A DNA stretch of 63,962 nucleotides, filler included, from Trypethelium eluteriae (taxonomy: Eukaryota): NCBI GenBank assembly GCA_051942245.1. It is 3 parts of 3 records of this genome, joined end to end, with 100 filler letters (N's around TTAATTAATTAA, not from the genome) between each part and the next. Parts side by side here need not be neighbours in the genome. Positions count along the whole stretch, not along the records: positions 46,796 to 63,962 come from JAVECL010000598.1; 2 more parts are not named here. One strand, given 5' to 3'. This document shows, one piece after another, positions 46,908-60,768 of this stretch. Each line of letters starts with the position of its first letter. The stretch's first letter is position 1. Under the pieces are notes generated by a model, which worked only from the letters and a program-made list of their open reading frames with translations, did no database searches and had not been told where the DNA came from. The translations under genes and the position numbers were made by a program.

Positions 46908-48558
46908 TTACCTCCGTCCACCCCGTCCACCTCCCATACCCGGGATGCCACCGCCACCACCCATCATCTTCATCAATGACCCCATGTCCATGCCGCTCAT
47001 ATCTGGCATACCCGGCATGCCACCGCCTCCTCCCCTACCGCCACCTCCAAACATCTTCATCATCGCATTCAAATCCATGCCACCCATACCAGGCATCCCT
47101 CTCCCCGCACCACCCATGCTCTGCAGTCGCTTCTGCATGGCTGCCATTTGCTGCTGACGATTCGCACCGCCCATGGCGCCCTGAGCTTTCTGCATGTTTG
47201 CCATCCCACCCTTCATCTGCTTCGCCATTCCGGCCATCATCTTGTGTTGTGTCAACAAATCCTCGACTTCTCGTACACTGGTCCCCGATCCCCTCGCTAT
47301 CCTCGTGATCCGTGCCGGCTGCTCGACAAAGAGTTTGCCATCCGAGTCTAATTCCTTCATTGTCATGCTATCGCAGATGTAGATCATGCGGCGCAGTTTG
47401 AGCGAGCCTTCCTCGTCATCCATACCGCTCATCATGTTTGAGAGGCCAGGAATCATGCCCGCCATTTTGGATAGAGGACCCATCTTCATGATGTTTTGTA
47501 GCTGGTCCCGTAGGTCCCGTACGGTAAAGACGCCCTCGGCGATGTGCTTCATGGTATCCTTCTGATCGAGCTTGAGACTCTGGACGTGATCGACAAGTCC
47601 CTGCATGTCACCCATACCGAGCAGCTTGGAGACGAAGGGTTGCGGCGCAAATCGCTCGAGGTCGAGCATGTGCTCGCCGGTGCCGAGGAAGACGATAGGT
47701 GTATGAGTGGCTGCAACGGCGGAGATGGCACCTCCTCCAGCGGCAGCACCATCGGTTTTGGTGAGGACAATGGCGCCGAAATCCGCTGCTTCTTTAAAGG
47801 CGCGGGATTGACCTTCTGCTTGTTGGCCGATAGTCGAGTCCAAGACCATAATGGTTTGATCAGGTTTTACGGCATGCTGTATTTGCACCATTTCATCAAA
47901 GAGGTCTTGTTCTTGCCGATGTCTTCCACTTGTATCCACGATGATGATTTCGAAGCGCTCCTTTTTGAACTTTTCCACACCTTCCCTTGCTACAACCACT
48001 GGATCCGTCTGCGTCAAAGACCCGTAGTAGGGTATCTTTGCCTTGGTCGCATTCTGCTTCAACTGATCAAACGCACCCGCTCGAAAAGTATCTGCACACA
48101 CTAGACAGCTTTTGAACTGCCGAGCCTGATACCACCTTGCCAATTTTGTGCATGTCGTTGTCTTGCCTGAGCCCTGCAATCCTACAAACATGATAACATT
48201 CGCCTTCCCCTTCCTCGGCTTGAAGGGCTCAGCATGAGGGTCAACCAGCTTAACAAGCTCATCGAAAACGGCTTTTTGGATGAGGCGCTTCTTGTTCACT
48301 GCAGGACCGAGCTCTTTGAAGTTGACAGCGCGTCGAATGGAGTTGCGGAGGCTGGCGACGAGCCGGACATTGACATCCGATTCAATGAGGGCATTGCAGA
48401 TCTCCTTGACCATGCCATCAAACGCCTGGATGCATGTTGGCCTTTGTGAAGAGTGACCATATGAGGGGTGGCGGGGTTACCTTTTCGTCAAGAGTTGGCG
48501 ACCGTGAAAGGTCAGAGACGGCGGCATTGATGCGCCGTCCCAGATCTGAAAGCACCAT
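46908..48558 (-). CDS. SRP54: Signal recognition particle subunit SRP54; intron 48426-48480
   Basis: [45 protein letters not shown] and a Met-rich M domain. Confidence 0.97.
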
Positions 48559-48815
48559 ACTTGGTGGGTATGTTCAAAGAGCAAGAGGAAGCTGTGTGGT
48601 CACATCGTTCGCATCGAGAATAGGCCGAAACGAAAAGAACGGAAACGGTGATAGAGTAGAGTACGTGCGCGGGGATTCGCGTGGTCCTTTGCCGGAAATC
48701 ACCCGGCTAGAAGATCGCCGCTGCATACCTGAACTTAGGTCAAATCTCAAAACAGGACTTCCATTGCCAATCGCCATTTTGTCTCAAAACTCTCGATTTC
48801 ACGCTAGGCCTTCAG

Positions 48816-50328
48816 TCAGCTGAAGTGGTCCTGATCTTCATGGTCAGCTCGGAACTGGATACTGTTCGCGGAAAAAAGCTTTCCTTCATCGTTCACAGAA
48901 GCCAACTCAAATGCTGCTCCAAGACACTGAGAATCTTCTGTCTCTACCGACTCATGAGGTTCGAGCACCATCGAATCTAGACTGTTTGTCTCCGTTAGGC
49001 CCGAGTCCCTTGGCCACGACCCATTGCTAAAATAGTCGTCGCTCTTTGAAGGCGTCCTCGATCTACGATATGAATCGTCGGAAGGATCAAATCCATCGCT
49101 CTCTTGAGCGGGACTGGCAAGGGACCGGATTTTACTACATAGGAGAGTGAAAAGTCCCCATATAATGGGAAAACATGCACACGTTAGACCGACCGAGGCT
49201 TCAACAGCAGTCCAAAGAAATCTGTTTGCTGTATTCCAAGCCAAGTCTGTACCACTAGTCAAGGTGAAAGTCGTAATGAGACGAAGTATGCTCGCCATGC
49301 ATGCACTACATTTCCAATTGTGTCAGAACAGTGTTTGCGAAATTCTCCAAGCGACCTGATCCTTGCACGCTCCTGGTCGCGTCAAAAACTTACAAGATGC
49401 CAACAAGAAAAACAGAAGTCAACGCCAACCTACGACCAAGGCTGAGCTGCAATTTCCAGAGCATTGGAACAGGAATGCTCAGTAATGCAAAGTCAGCAAC
49501 CGTATTGAGGGCGCTCGCAGAGATTGCGAAGCTTCCCAAGTCAATGCTACACACACCAATGGCTGGAGGATCTAGCGTAGGGTTGTATCGTTGCCAATGA
49601 TAACTAAGAGGCCGGCTGCTTGTACCGTTAGAACCGGCGTTCGATACATCACATGGTGCAAAAACCACTCACCACACGTTAAGAATTGCTACAGTCACAC
49701 CAAAAGCCCACACGTTCACATACGCCATCCAGACGTAGATTGTGATAGCTAGCCAGCGTATTCGAGCCGTGAATATTCGGAGATAGAGAAACAGAATGGA
49801 CATTTTGATGCACCATTGGCCAAGGGTGTAGACAAGAGACAGGAAAAGACCCGCCTGTCCTGAACATCAATAGGATTTTATGATGAAATGGTAATAAACG
49901 TACTTCCTCAAGGATCTTATTCCCTTGTTTTGGGTTGGTGGCGTGAAGTTTCTTCTCCAGACCATAGTGGACAGCTGCGGAAGTGATCAACGACGGATCT
50001 GGATCGTGGCAATGCACCGGCAAGCATAACGACTTACAGACGATATTTATCACACACAGCAGCGCCGTGAATACCTATCCCTTGTTCAGATCTCAATGCA
50101 ACATATTTTCAATGTCCACAACGAAACGCATACCAGTCCAGCAATGGCGAACCAGTCATCCCAGCCATATGGAAGGCGATGAGCGGTTCGTGCTACGAGC
50201 CGCAGAATTATTGCCGCCGAAGTCATTGCTGTTAAGAAGATTGACAAAAATACGATTACAGAGCCTCGGTCTTCTGTGATATTGGCTTTCTGATCGGTAA
50301 TATTCGCAAGTGTCAAGGACACCGCCAT
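48816..50328 (-). CDS. PTH11-like (fungal rhodopsin-domain) integral membrane protein, multi-exon
   Basis: LRLVARTAHRLPYGWDDWFAIAGL, ALNTVADFALLSIPVPMLWKLQLSLGRRLAL, ASILRL and WTAVEASVGLTCACFP spread over several exons. Exact splice sites were not all resolved. Confidence 0.8.
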
Positions 50329-53300
50329 TGTGCGTACAAGAGACGTCTGGCTGACGGGAACGGACTAATATAGATTAAGCGCGAGAATCATGAACAGGCA
50401 CGAAAGGAAGATGGTTAGCCCTAAAAGACGGTTGAAGCATATTTAACGGAATACTCTTGCGAATTTCATGGTTCTGGGTCACGGTTCCACCGGAAAACAG
50501 TGGCGCTGCCCAATAGCTAGCCAAATACTAGGGACGACTCCTGCGTCTGCTTTCTCAAGCCCGTGCCTCGAATAGATTGCTTTGCATGAACTTTCATGTG
50601 CCACTGTCATGCCAGAGCTGCAGCAGCTGATAAGAAAGTTTCCCACATCGGTCACTCCATCAAGGGGTGCAACCCCAACTGTCGGTGAGACCCACCAATT
50701 GAGGTACTACTCTACAATAACGGAGTTCCAGTATCGGGTAAAACATCCACTTAGGCTCTCATTAACCGTCTTCCAAAAGTCATCGTGGAACCCCTGGATA
50801 TATCATATTCAACATTATGAGCGCTATCAAGATTAGCAAGCCTTCTCAGAATTGTATTTCTTCTTTTCAGCCCTGGCAATCTGTTAATGCAGCAGTTTGT
50901 CTGCATTAAGAACCCCTCATTTGCCTCGTCGGCAGAGCCGCGATTGGCTTTAAAAACATTTGCAGAATCGGAGGCACTTCAAGGCGAGTCAAAGCCCTGA
51001 CTAACGCCTAGGTTTGTAGTTAGGTCCTCCCAGCTGCTTGTATCAGCAAGCTATAAACATTCAGATGTGGAACAGTTCGGACTTGAATTCACTTCATGTT
51101 AATTCTCACACTTTCAGTACACGTCCATTACCGATCGAAACTAAGTCGAGGCCCATCCAGCAGGCAGGAAAACATTGAGCTGAAAAGTCAAGCTCAGGCA
51201 TAGAGTCAACAGTGAAGATGTCAAAATACCAAAGTTGCGACCTACTTTCGCCCACTCAACTCACCCATGATTCGGGGAACTGAGATCTTTGCTTGCTGCA
51301 CGACATGGCTTTTGGCCTAGGATGACGAGATCAGGTAGCCTAAATGTCCCCTTACGAGTACTTTTGAAGTCGTGCAAAGTTAGGAGGCATAAAAATTTGG
51401 ATTTCGTATAAGTGTCGTTGGATCGTGACTTCCAAACGCTGAGGCCAGAATTACTGAGTTCGCTTGTCGAGAACTTCGCACTCATGGGGATGAGTCATCC
51501 AAATTCTAGGGGCGAATTGTCAAGATATGTGACTACCTTCACAATGTCGATTTGACGCTTCGTAAATCAAGGAAGGGAATTTGCCAGGAGATCGCACCAA
51601 TCGTGAAAATAATATCACATGAGAAGGAAGCCCACCTCGACGGTAAGGAGCTTCTATCGAAGCGTGCTGGGATACTCGGACTGGCTTACAAGCAAATTTT
51701 ATTGACATGTGGGCGTTAGAATGGATCATTCGACCTTGGTCATGAAACCGAGTCATTTATCATTTGGTGGATGTAAATTTTTACTCTTCATTGCAAATGG
51801 CGATTGGCCAGTAATGAAGATGAGCGGGGACAAGATAAATATCAATTTGACAGTGCAAAATGGCTCTCAATTCGCCTATCACAAGCATATGGCAAAGAGG
51901 AGAGCGCAGATAAGCCTTGTCTATCGAAAGAGAGGGGGACTTAGCTTACAGCCGATTTGTGGTGAGGCCTTTATATGTGACTAATATGCTAATAGAGGAT
52001 GTCGTTTGTTGCAATTGTGCCTAAGGTAAGGGTGGATGCTGTAGCGCGTACCTGGCCGCCAGTCGCGATGACGTCGAGCTCCGCCGGCAAACCCGTGCTA
52101 TCGGGGTGATCTCCGGATGCTGAAGGGCATCGCTAAGTAACTTCGTGCTGCTGACTTGCATCGCTAATCTCATGCCGCCGAAGCCTACAATCAGCCTTAT
52201 TGGGCGGAGATCAGTGGGCTGAATCAAGCTCATAAGCATTGCATGAGCTGTAATCTGCATGCACGCCATCATCGTGGTCGGAGTGGATGCGATAGAGGGT
52301 CCTTCGTATTCGGCGCTTAAGTTCTGCATATTCATCATGGTTCTGGGACGGCACTGATGGGGTAGCCGAGAGGGTCCAGCTGCAACTCTAACACATATCT
52401 CATTGCTATCCTTTGTGAACTCAAGAGCGATGTGCGTTCAATCTTTACTAGCGACAGGCATTGCTGCAGGCAATCCATTTGACGTTTCTGGCGCAGGCGC
52501 TGTAAGGAGCGAGACCATGTTCCACCTCACCATATCGCAGCTGACAGCCATCCGCAATGTACGGCCATAGATCATTGCTCCGAAGATACCAGTGCTGCAC
52601 GACTAGGATCCAAATTATGACCACTCCAGACTGACTAGGCGACTGGATGACTAGTACGCTTGCATGCTCGCAGTGAAGCCAACGATATAGCTCAAAAACG
52701 TGCTGCTACCACCTTCTGAACTCGACTCTACAGATCAATGGCGTTCAGTAGTGTTGGGAGTGAATTGTTGTGTGTTACATGAAACAAAGTCTGCAGACAG
52801 CAGATGAAGTAGCCATAGGTATACACTACGATAGTACAAACAAAGTAACACCTATCCCCTGACCGCAGAACTATCCATCTCCTCAGAGGCAGCTTCCATC
52901 CAACAGAAATAACGCTTACTATTCAGAAACATAGCAATTTCGTATCCTGACTGCTCATGAGCTGGGTCCCTTTTCTCGATTTTCAGAGACAGGATTTGAC
53001 TTACGATCTGTATTTCATGCGGTGCAATGAAATACCCATAGATTCGACATCCCATTCCCGCTGTTCAACCGTCGAAATCCCACAATATACCTCTCTGTGT
53101 GAGTCCTTGATGATCCCATCAATAGATTACGGTTTGCTATTGCAAAAGTCATCGATTCTAAGAAGCGCCCCCTTAAGTTCAAAGTGGAAGGCGTTTGCAC
53201 TTTCCGTCTCGGTCCAGACTGAGTTGAAACCGGTCAAAATTAGAGCGAGCAGCATTGGTAGGAGCATGATCGTAATCTGCCCAGGACGGACGATGCACTT

Positions 53301-54464
53301 GCGAACCTCAGGTATCCGCCTCTTTCTCTTTGATAGCATTGATATTCGTGGTGCACAGTTCCACAGGATCCATGGCTAAGCGTGATCATGAGAGCGTTTG
53401 CAAGATTTGAGGCCTTAAGTAAAGTGAGATTGGCATATTCTAGACAGATCAGTGTGAGATAGGGAACTCGAGTAGGCATGGACTCTTTTCATTGATATGA
53501 TATCGCTCTAAGTATGGTTCACTTACCCACGAGTTGTAGACCCATCACGTTGCACTGATAACTCACAACATGGAGTTTCTAATCATTTTGATATTGCAGG
53601 ATCGATCTTGAAGGCAAGGCTCAACCCAAGAGTACCGAGTAGGAAAGAAAGCGAAGTGGTAGGCTTAAAGGCGATGGATATGTGCGGATGGTTTCTGAAG
53701 CTACCTACTCTTATTATGATTAGTCTTAGAGATAGGAAGCACTAAGAGAAGCTATGATCGTATGTTAACCTGGTGGTACACGCCAACATTCACATACTGA
53801 AGTCCACTTTGTATTCTCCACTCAACAGTTCTCCAAGAAATATAGTAAGCTGTGGGGTTAAACATCATCGATATCGAGAAACATAGAAGTTCCGGTTCCC
53901 AAACCCCATTCCCATACCTCACTCGTCGTCTCGAAGATCGCGGTCGATAAAGCTACGCGGATAATGTACTGCCTCCTGTTAGCATTGTCGGCATCCGCCA
54001 CGAAGATTGTATCCAAAACGTTCCGCTTTGACTGCCATGTCATGACGACAACGCGGGCAATAGTGCATATCAAATCACCTCTGCACGCCGCGGATGGAGC
54101 CTTGCATTAATGAGACCTACCGAGTGCTGGCTCGCAGTTCCAAGGCTGATCAGGGAGTAGTAGATAAGATCACTGAGCAGGTAAAGTATCCATGTGGCGT
54201 CTGTCGCGGAACTGAACCTGGCGACGCGGCCGATATTTCCTGCCTCGATACGGTCGGGAGGGTCTCTGGTGCGAACACTAGGATATCGTTGAAGAAGTGA
54301 AGGTGGTTTCGATGCAGAAGTCACACATACGTTCTTTGTGAGCCAGGGAGCCCATATGGTCACCACACCGGGTCTGAGCCTTCGAAGTCTCCTGACTTAT
54401 AAGTAGCAACCTCCCGCTAGTCCCTTACAGTTGATTCTCGTCGTCAATCTTCGACTGATCCACC

Positions 54465-55796
54465 ATGCTCGATTTACTGCAACTCGACGAGAGACTGGTG
54501 GAAATTATCATCGAAATTTTGCCAGTCTCTGATCTTCTCCATGTCTGTCTCACTTGCCAAGGTCTCCTTCAACTGGGCCGCCAACGTTTGTTCAGGCACA
54601 TCTTCCTTCACCATCACCAAAACCAAGAAGGCCAATCGTTTGTAAGGCCTATTATTCGATTAATGAAAACTCAACCAGACCTGGCATCGAAAGTACAAAA
54701 ACTTGAACTGATGGGAACCAAACCGAAAACACCACGCACGGATGTACAATACACAAAGCTTATATCATGTTGCAAGAATATAAAGTATCTGGGTCTGGGT
54801 TGGAATTTCAAGGGTCTTCCCATGGAGTTGGACCGGAGCTTCAGTCTGCTCCGAGAGATTAGGTTCCAGGAAAATCGCGACTATCCTGGCCGCAGAGCAG
54901 TGCAAGGTTCGTATAGTACGATGTTGCCTGCTCTTGTTCACCAGATTTTCCGGCTTCCTGCCATCGAGGAACTTCATATTTCTGTGCCCAACACACGGCT
55001 GCAGCCTATGACGTTTGGAAACCTCTCCCAAGCACCGACCCTGACGTCAATCACTCTGCAGGGAAGCCACGTGGATGAGGAACACATTGTGATGCTGCTC
55101 TCAAGTACCCCTCAGCTCAGAAAATTCGATTTCGATAGGGACGGCGATTTCGTCAAGTACATCAGGGGTCCGCCCAGTAGACTTTCGCCGATGAAGCGTC
55201 TACATCAGGCTCTACTTCAAGTCTCCCGGACTCTCGAGGACCTAAAACTGGCTCTGAATTGGGAGATCGAGGGTTGGCACAGTCATGATGGGGGGTGGAC
55301 ACTGGATTCAGAAACCCCCAAGGGAAGACTTGGTAGTATGAAGATTTTCGAGTCCCTGGTCCGTCTTGACGTTCCGATCGTGATGCTGCTTGGGTTTTCG
55401 CCAGCGCACGATCCCAGTCTAGGGGAAGTTCTACCACCTAACCTGCGCCACCTTTGCATCGCTAGCGATCTTTGCGAGTGGGCGACCTACAAGTGGACTG
55501 CACGTTTGTTCGATGACTATCTCCAGGGATGGGTACCGCATCTACGCACGTACGCACCGTCACTCGAGCGCTTCAACCTTCGCGTCTTTACCAACTTCGA
55601 CCGGGGGAAGAAAGCTTTTTGGACCGAGAGAACTCCTGATCATTTCTGTCGACTTTGTATAGCTGCTGGCCTCCAATGGGGGATCGAGTTCGTGGGTGGA
55701 TATAGAGAAATAAGGAACTCATTAATGGTGGAGGAAGCAGGCGAGACTCTATACCAAGGAGTATTAGAATTCAGGGGCCATCAACGCCCGTTATGA
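54465..55796 (+). CDS. F-box-like protein with a degenerate LRR/RNI-like region
   Basis: 443-aa ORF starting LLQLDERLVEIIIEILPVSDLLHVCLTCQGL (F-box-like), with LxxLxL repeats and LPPNLRHLCI. Confidence 0.7.
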   Translation: MLDLLQLDERLVEIIIEILPVSDLLHVCLTCQGLLQLGRQRLFRHIFLHHHQNQEGQSFVRPIIRLMKTQPDLASKVQKLELMGTKPKTPRTDVQYTKLISCCKNIKYLGLGWNFKGLPMELDRSFSLLREIRFQENRDYPGRRAVQGSYSTMLPALVHQIFRLPAIEELHISVPNTRLQPMTFGNLSQAPTLTSITLQGSHVDEEHIVMLLSSTPQLRKFDFDRDGDFVKYIRGPPSRLSPMKRLHQALLQVSRTLEDLKLALNWEIEGWHSHDGGWTLDSETPKGRLGSMKIFESLVRLDVPIVMLLGFSPAHDPSLGEVLPPNLRHLCIASDLCEWATYKWTARLFDDYLQGWVPHLRTYAPSLERFNLRVFTNFDRGKKAFWTERTPDHFCRLCIAAGLQWGIEFVGGYREIRNSLMVEEAGETLYQGVLEFRGHQRPL

Positions 55797-56729
55797 AACG
55801 GGGGGGCTCTCGGCTCGCGCAGGGCGGGAGTAGAACTGTCCTATCATATAGATGGTTTCCTTTCAATCCTTCGTTCTGTTCTTCTTCCTCTGTATCTAAT
55901 TCTTTTAATCCCCTGAATTAAAGTTTATACGTCTAAACTTTTCTTGAGGCTCTCAAACCTTCGGACCTAAAGACAAATAACTGCATCAATAGTCCTTTAG
56001 ATCCTGATGGCTCGTAAGTCTTGAGACACAATCACGCAATAGCAGCAACATGGCAGATACCTTAGCCATGCAGGAGATTGAAGGTAGCAATATGTAAACC
56101 ATAGACCAGAATTTCATTCATTGCCTCCCGCTTTGTTAGAAGGGGAAATGGGATTGTTGGAAAGTTTTCGAGTACAAAATCGTTGGTTTCGTTCTCAAGC
56201 TATTGTCTGTGGGTTCTTAAATACTATTGAAGAGGTTCCTGACAGTGTGGATGTTGATATATTGGCCCCCTTCCTTGTCCTGAAGGGTCCAGGAGTCCAG
56301 GTTGAAGGCCATCTTCGACGGAGATAGTTCTTGCAAACCTGACAATACTATGCCAAATAAGCGTAGGAGTCGTGGCTATCGTGGACTTTAGTGGAATTGA
56401 CCAAGGCATCGAGTACTCTGTACTTCAGAGAACAATTAACGATGTTGTGGCTGTCGACGCTCTCCTGTTCAAAGACGCCTTTGTGGCTAGATAATGACGG
56501 TCAATCCACCCTGCTTCGATCATGGTTCCGCGTGATTTTCTATCGCAAGATTTGTACGAGGGATGTGTTTGCAGAAGTTCATTTCACTATCGGTCAATCA
56601 TCTCACCGTCTCATCGGAGTGAAAGCTGGTGGAGACTTGATGCGCCGGCTGAAATTCGGGAATTTCCTTCACTCCACCCACCCAAGCCGCCAAAAAAAAA
56701 GCTCTTCTCAGTGATTCAGGCTTACAAAA

Positions 56730-57575
56730 ATGGCTGCGAGCGCGAGTAAAAGAATAAAAATCAGCGGAAGAGGTCGTGGTCAAAAGAACAAGGATTATCA
56801 CAGTTCCAGCAGTGAAGAAGAGCAATCGGAGGGTTCCAATCAGAGGCATGGTTTAAAGTCACAACAAAATGCAGGCGGGCCACAGCATACAAAAGAACCA
56901 AGTGAGAATTTAGATCGAGGATCCACAGAGTTTGATGAGGGAGAGGAAGATGAGGACGAGGATGAGGAAGAACGAGTAGGAATGGACGAGGACGTGGACG
57001 TGGAAACTGAAGCCACCGATATTTCGTCCGAGGCAGACGACTATTCAGATATTGGTGCAGCCATTCAAGGCGAGGGGAGGAAACGCAAGCGCAACGATCC
57101 AGATGCATTTGCAACCTCCATGTCAAAAATCCTTGGTTCCAAGCTCTCAACCTCCAAACGAGCAGATCCAGTCCTATCACGGAGCAAAGAGGCCTCTGAC
57201 GCAAGGAAGCAGCTGACGGACACACGATTAGAGGCCCGCGCGAAGACCAAGCTCCGTGATGAGAAAAGGGCGGCGCTTGAAAAAGGCAGGGTGAAAGATA
57301 TTATGGGATTGCAGTCAACGGATACGTCTACGGCGGATATCGTCGAGGAAGAGAAAAGATTGAGAAAAACGGCGCAGCGTGGTGTGATCAAGCTCTTCAA
57401 TGCGGTGCGGGCGGCACAGATCAAGGGCGAGGAGGCAGCGAAAGAAGCACGTAACGCCGGCGTGGTAGGCATGAGCAATCGGGAAGAGCGGGTAAATGAG
57501 ATGAGTAAAAAAGGGTTTTTGGAATTGATCGCTGCTGGTGGAAAAAAGCAGGCAGCCTCTGCTAAAACATCATGA
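56730..57575 (+). CDS. RRP15: Ribosome biogenesis protein Rrp15
   Basis: Acidic N-terminal region, AFATSMSKIL, DPVLSRSK, EKRLRKTAQRGVIKLFNAVRAAQ and MSKKGFLELI. Confidence 0.92.
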   Translation: MAASASKRIKISGRGRGQKNKDYHSSSSEEEQSEGSNQRHGLKSQQNAGGPQHTKEPSENLDRGSTEFDEGEEDEDEDEEERVGMDEDVDVETEATDISSEADDYSDIGAAIQGEGRKRKRNDPDAFATSMSKILGSKLSTSKRADPVLSRSKEASDARKQLTDTRLEARAKTKLRDEKRAALEKGRVKDIMGLQSTDTSTADIVEEEKRLRKTAQRGVIKLFNAVRAAQIKGEEAAKEARNAGVVGMSNREERVNEMSKKGFLELIAAGGKKQAASAKTS

Positions 57576-57600
57576 AAGACTGCCTGTGGTAACTGATCTG

Positions 57601-58659
57601 CTAGCTTGGATGTGCGCGGGTCGCTCTCTTGATTCCGATCATGTCTCCGCTCTGAGACAAACTTGCATCAAGCACTCCGGCCTTGCCTAGGATACCGATG
57701 GTCTTGTCAATTTCACCAGGATCCACTCCTCTCACGTCCTTTGGAAACTGGACTGTCTTCGTCCACTCCTGCGCATCCTCTCGCGAGTAGTCCAATTCGG
57801 TGCTAATATACTCGACGGCTTCATCCTTGCTATCATTGTAATACGCTATGCCCTCATTCAAGCGCTGCGCCATAATTTCTAGTCTCTTGTCTGTCGGATC
57901 TCTGGCAACGATTTTCCAGCTGCTCCAAGGTGTGTATATCTCACCAATCATCTTGATCTCGCCATTGTCATAGTATCGCTTCGAGGTAAAGTGTTCCCAC
58001 ATGAAGAAGTCTGCTTGGCCAGAATTGACACCAGCTCTCAGATTCTTGAAGTTTTCTAGGGGAACAAACTCAAACGGATTCTCCGCTGAGGAATCGAGCC
58101 AGCCGTGCTGTTGAGCCAAAACGTACGCCATCACGTAGGATCCGCTGGATGATCGATCAATTGCAGGCTCTTCTTGTTCCTGGCGATATCAAGCTCACCT
58201 CCCGATCCGACTTACTCCAGCCTTTTTTCCTCTCAATTGCTCGATAGATGCGATGTCGCGCTTGGCTCCAGTGCTGATTGCCCAACAGAGAGGCGTCTCA
58301 ACGTACGTTCCTACAAGCTTGAACCCTGCTTGTTTACCATGCTTCCCCAGTGCGGCAACCCAACCTTCAGTGAGTCCAATGCCGACATCTAGTTCTGAGG
58401 CTTTTAGAGCCTGGACCATGTGACCTGTACCAGCCGGGAATGGTACGAGTGAGGCGTCAAGACGGAAATGCTTTTTAGCAAAATGAAGAGGCGTGGAGAA
58501 GTGCTCTGTTCTGTGTGTATTAGCTAAATGTTACAACAATGCGACGCAGGCTATTTTACCTGGCACGTAGCCAATCCGTAAACCTTCATGATGGCGAGTG
58601 CTTGTGGAAAAAGTCCGCCTCGCGACTAATCCAATGCGATTGTTTCCGGTGCGAAGCAT
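57601..58659 (-). CDS. Periplasmic-binding-protein-II fold protein (NMT1/THI5/SsuA-like); introns 58506-58559 and 58145-58198
   Basis: LRIGYVPEHFSTPL, PFPAGTG, DVGIGLTEGW, GVSRIGSGSYVM and DFFMWEHFTSK; the N-terminus looks like a mitochondrial presequence. Confidence 0.82.
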
Positions 58660-59362
58660 TTTAGAATTTAGCTGGTGATGCCGCAAGGCCCATTATGGAC
58701 AGTAGTATTAAGCTTCCTCGGCCCTCTCAGTACGGAGTACGTATGGAAGCTATCAAACTTCGATGACGGCATTTCGAGGTGCACAGACCTATCGCAAAAC
58801 ATATTGCCGAATTCGTCAAGCTCTCTGCCACACAGATTCGAGGCTGACGCTGCCATTCTAAATGAATTCGTACAGCATATTCGTTAATCATTCGTGGCAT
58901 TCAGACCTTACGCAAATAGCTACTCAAATGTGTCTTGAATTAGGTTGTCGCTGGCGAGATGGCATGCATAGAGACTGGCACAACTCGCTCGGCTAAGGAT
59001 ACACCGGCTCGGTAGAATGTAGTCCGAATGTACGTCATTACGGTTGCGTGAGAGTACCATTTGCTTTTGTAGCTATTTTTCAACTCCATACAAAATGCCA
59101 CCAATGCGCCCACTCCCACAACAATCGCATCAAAAAAGTAATGCTGTCAATCGATAGAGAAACCTTCAAAGAGTACCGCCTTCAAATTATCCTCACCAAT
59201 TCCTCGTGGTGGTGGAGCCCCCCCAAATCGAAATCTTGAACTCGATCTCAGCTATGGCGCCGCACAGAGGACAAGCCCGCATGATCTCTATACAAACCTG
59301 TTCAAGTTTTCTACCCTAAGCTTCAGCAACAATTCCAGACTGGTCGCGATCAGCCTACAAAC

Positions 59363-60266
59363 ATGGCCACCCGAGCTCCAAATCTTTCCAGCCACCTCCT
59401 CTACCGAAGCATTCTCTCCAAACCACCCACCGCCGCCGGTTTTCCAAAGATCCTCCATCAGCACCATCTCTCATCACCCTACTACTCTTCCGCCTTCCCT
59501 ACCGAGCCTCCATACCCTCCGACCGAATCTGAAATCCTCTCCGCCGCCCTTTCACGCGTTCTAGACCATGGCTTCACGTCGCGTGCGCTCAGTCTCGGCG
59601 CCACAGATGCGGGATATCTCGAAGTGAGCGCGAATCTGTTTCCGCGACGGGAATTCGAGATCGTACTGTACCACCTTGTGCGGGAGAGGATGAGGCTGGG
59701 CGAGAGAGTGCAGTTTGCTGAGGAGGGCGGCGGGAGGACAGTGGGGGCTAGGAGGTTGGGCGTTGGGGAAAAGATCCAAAGTCTGGTGATGGGGAGGCTG
59801 CGCGCGAATGTCGAGGTTGGGGTGCAGGGACGATGGGGAGAGGTATGTACTGGCTTGTGAAGAACAGTACCATCGAGATATATGATCGGGGACAGTGGTG
59901 TGGAAGAGAGGCTAATGGAGGGTGTCTTGATAGGCAATCGCGCTCATGGCCGTCCCGTCGAATGTTCCACCTTCACTGCAGGAACTGGCGCGCTTGGCGG
60001 ATGAGATCTGGTATCTCTCTGGCGATACTAGTGTCGACGGGTCATGGTATACGAAACGAGCATCACTGGCATCTGTCTACGCCGCCAGCGAAGTTTTCAT
60101 GACGCAGGATCAGTCAACGGATTACAAGGATACGGAGCAGTTTGTGGAAGATCGGCTGAGAGATGTGCAGACTGTTGGGAGCTGGATTGGGAATACAGTA
60201 GAATGGGTCGGGTACACAGGATGGGCGGGAGTCAATTTGTTAAGGAGCAAGGGATTTAGGATATGA
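59363..60266 (+). CDS. COQ9: Ubiquinone biosynthesis protein COQ9, mitochondrial; intron 59843-59933
   Basis: ILSAALSRVLDHGF and LARLADEIWYLSGDTSVDGSWYTKRASLASVYAASEVFMTQDQSTDYKDTEQF. Confidence 0.93.
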
Positions 60267-60768
60267 GAGATGGTAACGTATTGAACGCCACCGCCATTTG
60301 AAAGACAGCAAGGCTAACGACAAATGTACAAGGCTTTTCAATCATCATACAACAAACTCGACTCCCGAATTCGCCTCTCGGACTCGCCTCAAAAATAATA
60401 CAGAGGGCCTACAAACTTCATTGCAGGACGGTCCTTTCGCTAGTGTTACCGCTAACACCTTGGCGGTTGACCTGAGCATCGTTCCGGAGATACTTCCACT
60501 CAAGTAACCAGCACGACCTTACAGTCGACGAAGTCTCAGTTCAGGCTTAAACCAAACTATCTGCAGACTTTGCCAAACAGCTCTTGCGGCCGCCCAGGTT
60601 AGACCGTGCTGGCGGGAATTTTGTTCCAAGCAATCAATCAACGATGAGAGAGCAGCATGATATCCAAGAGCAAGATCCGGCGCTGTGATATGGTATCGCT
60701 TCTGAGCGCTCGAAACACGTCCAGAGCGCAGGGGCGTATTTTGGCACCAACACCAGCCCTTACATTGT

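Noticed and set aside
50330..54460. 4-kb gene-poor interval with scattered 60-140 aa ORFs
   Set aside because: No motifs, repeats or RNA-gene signatures found by eye; treated as intergenic.
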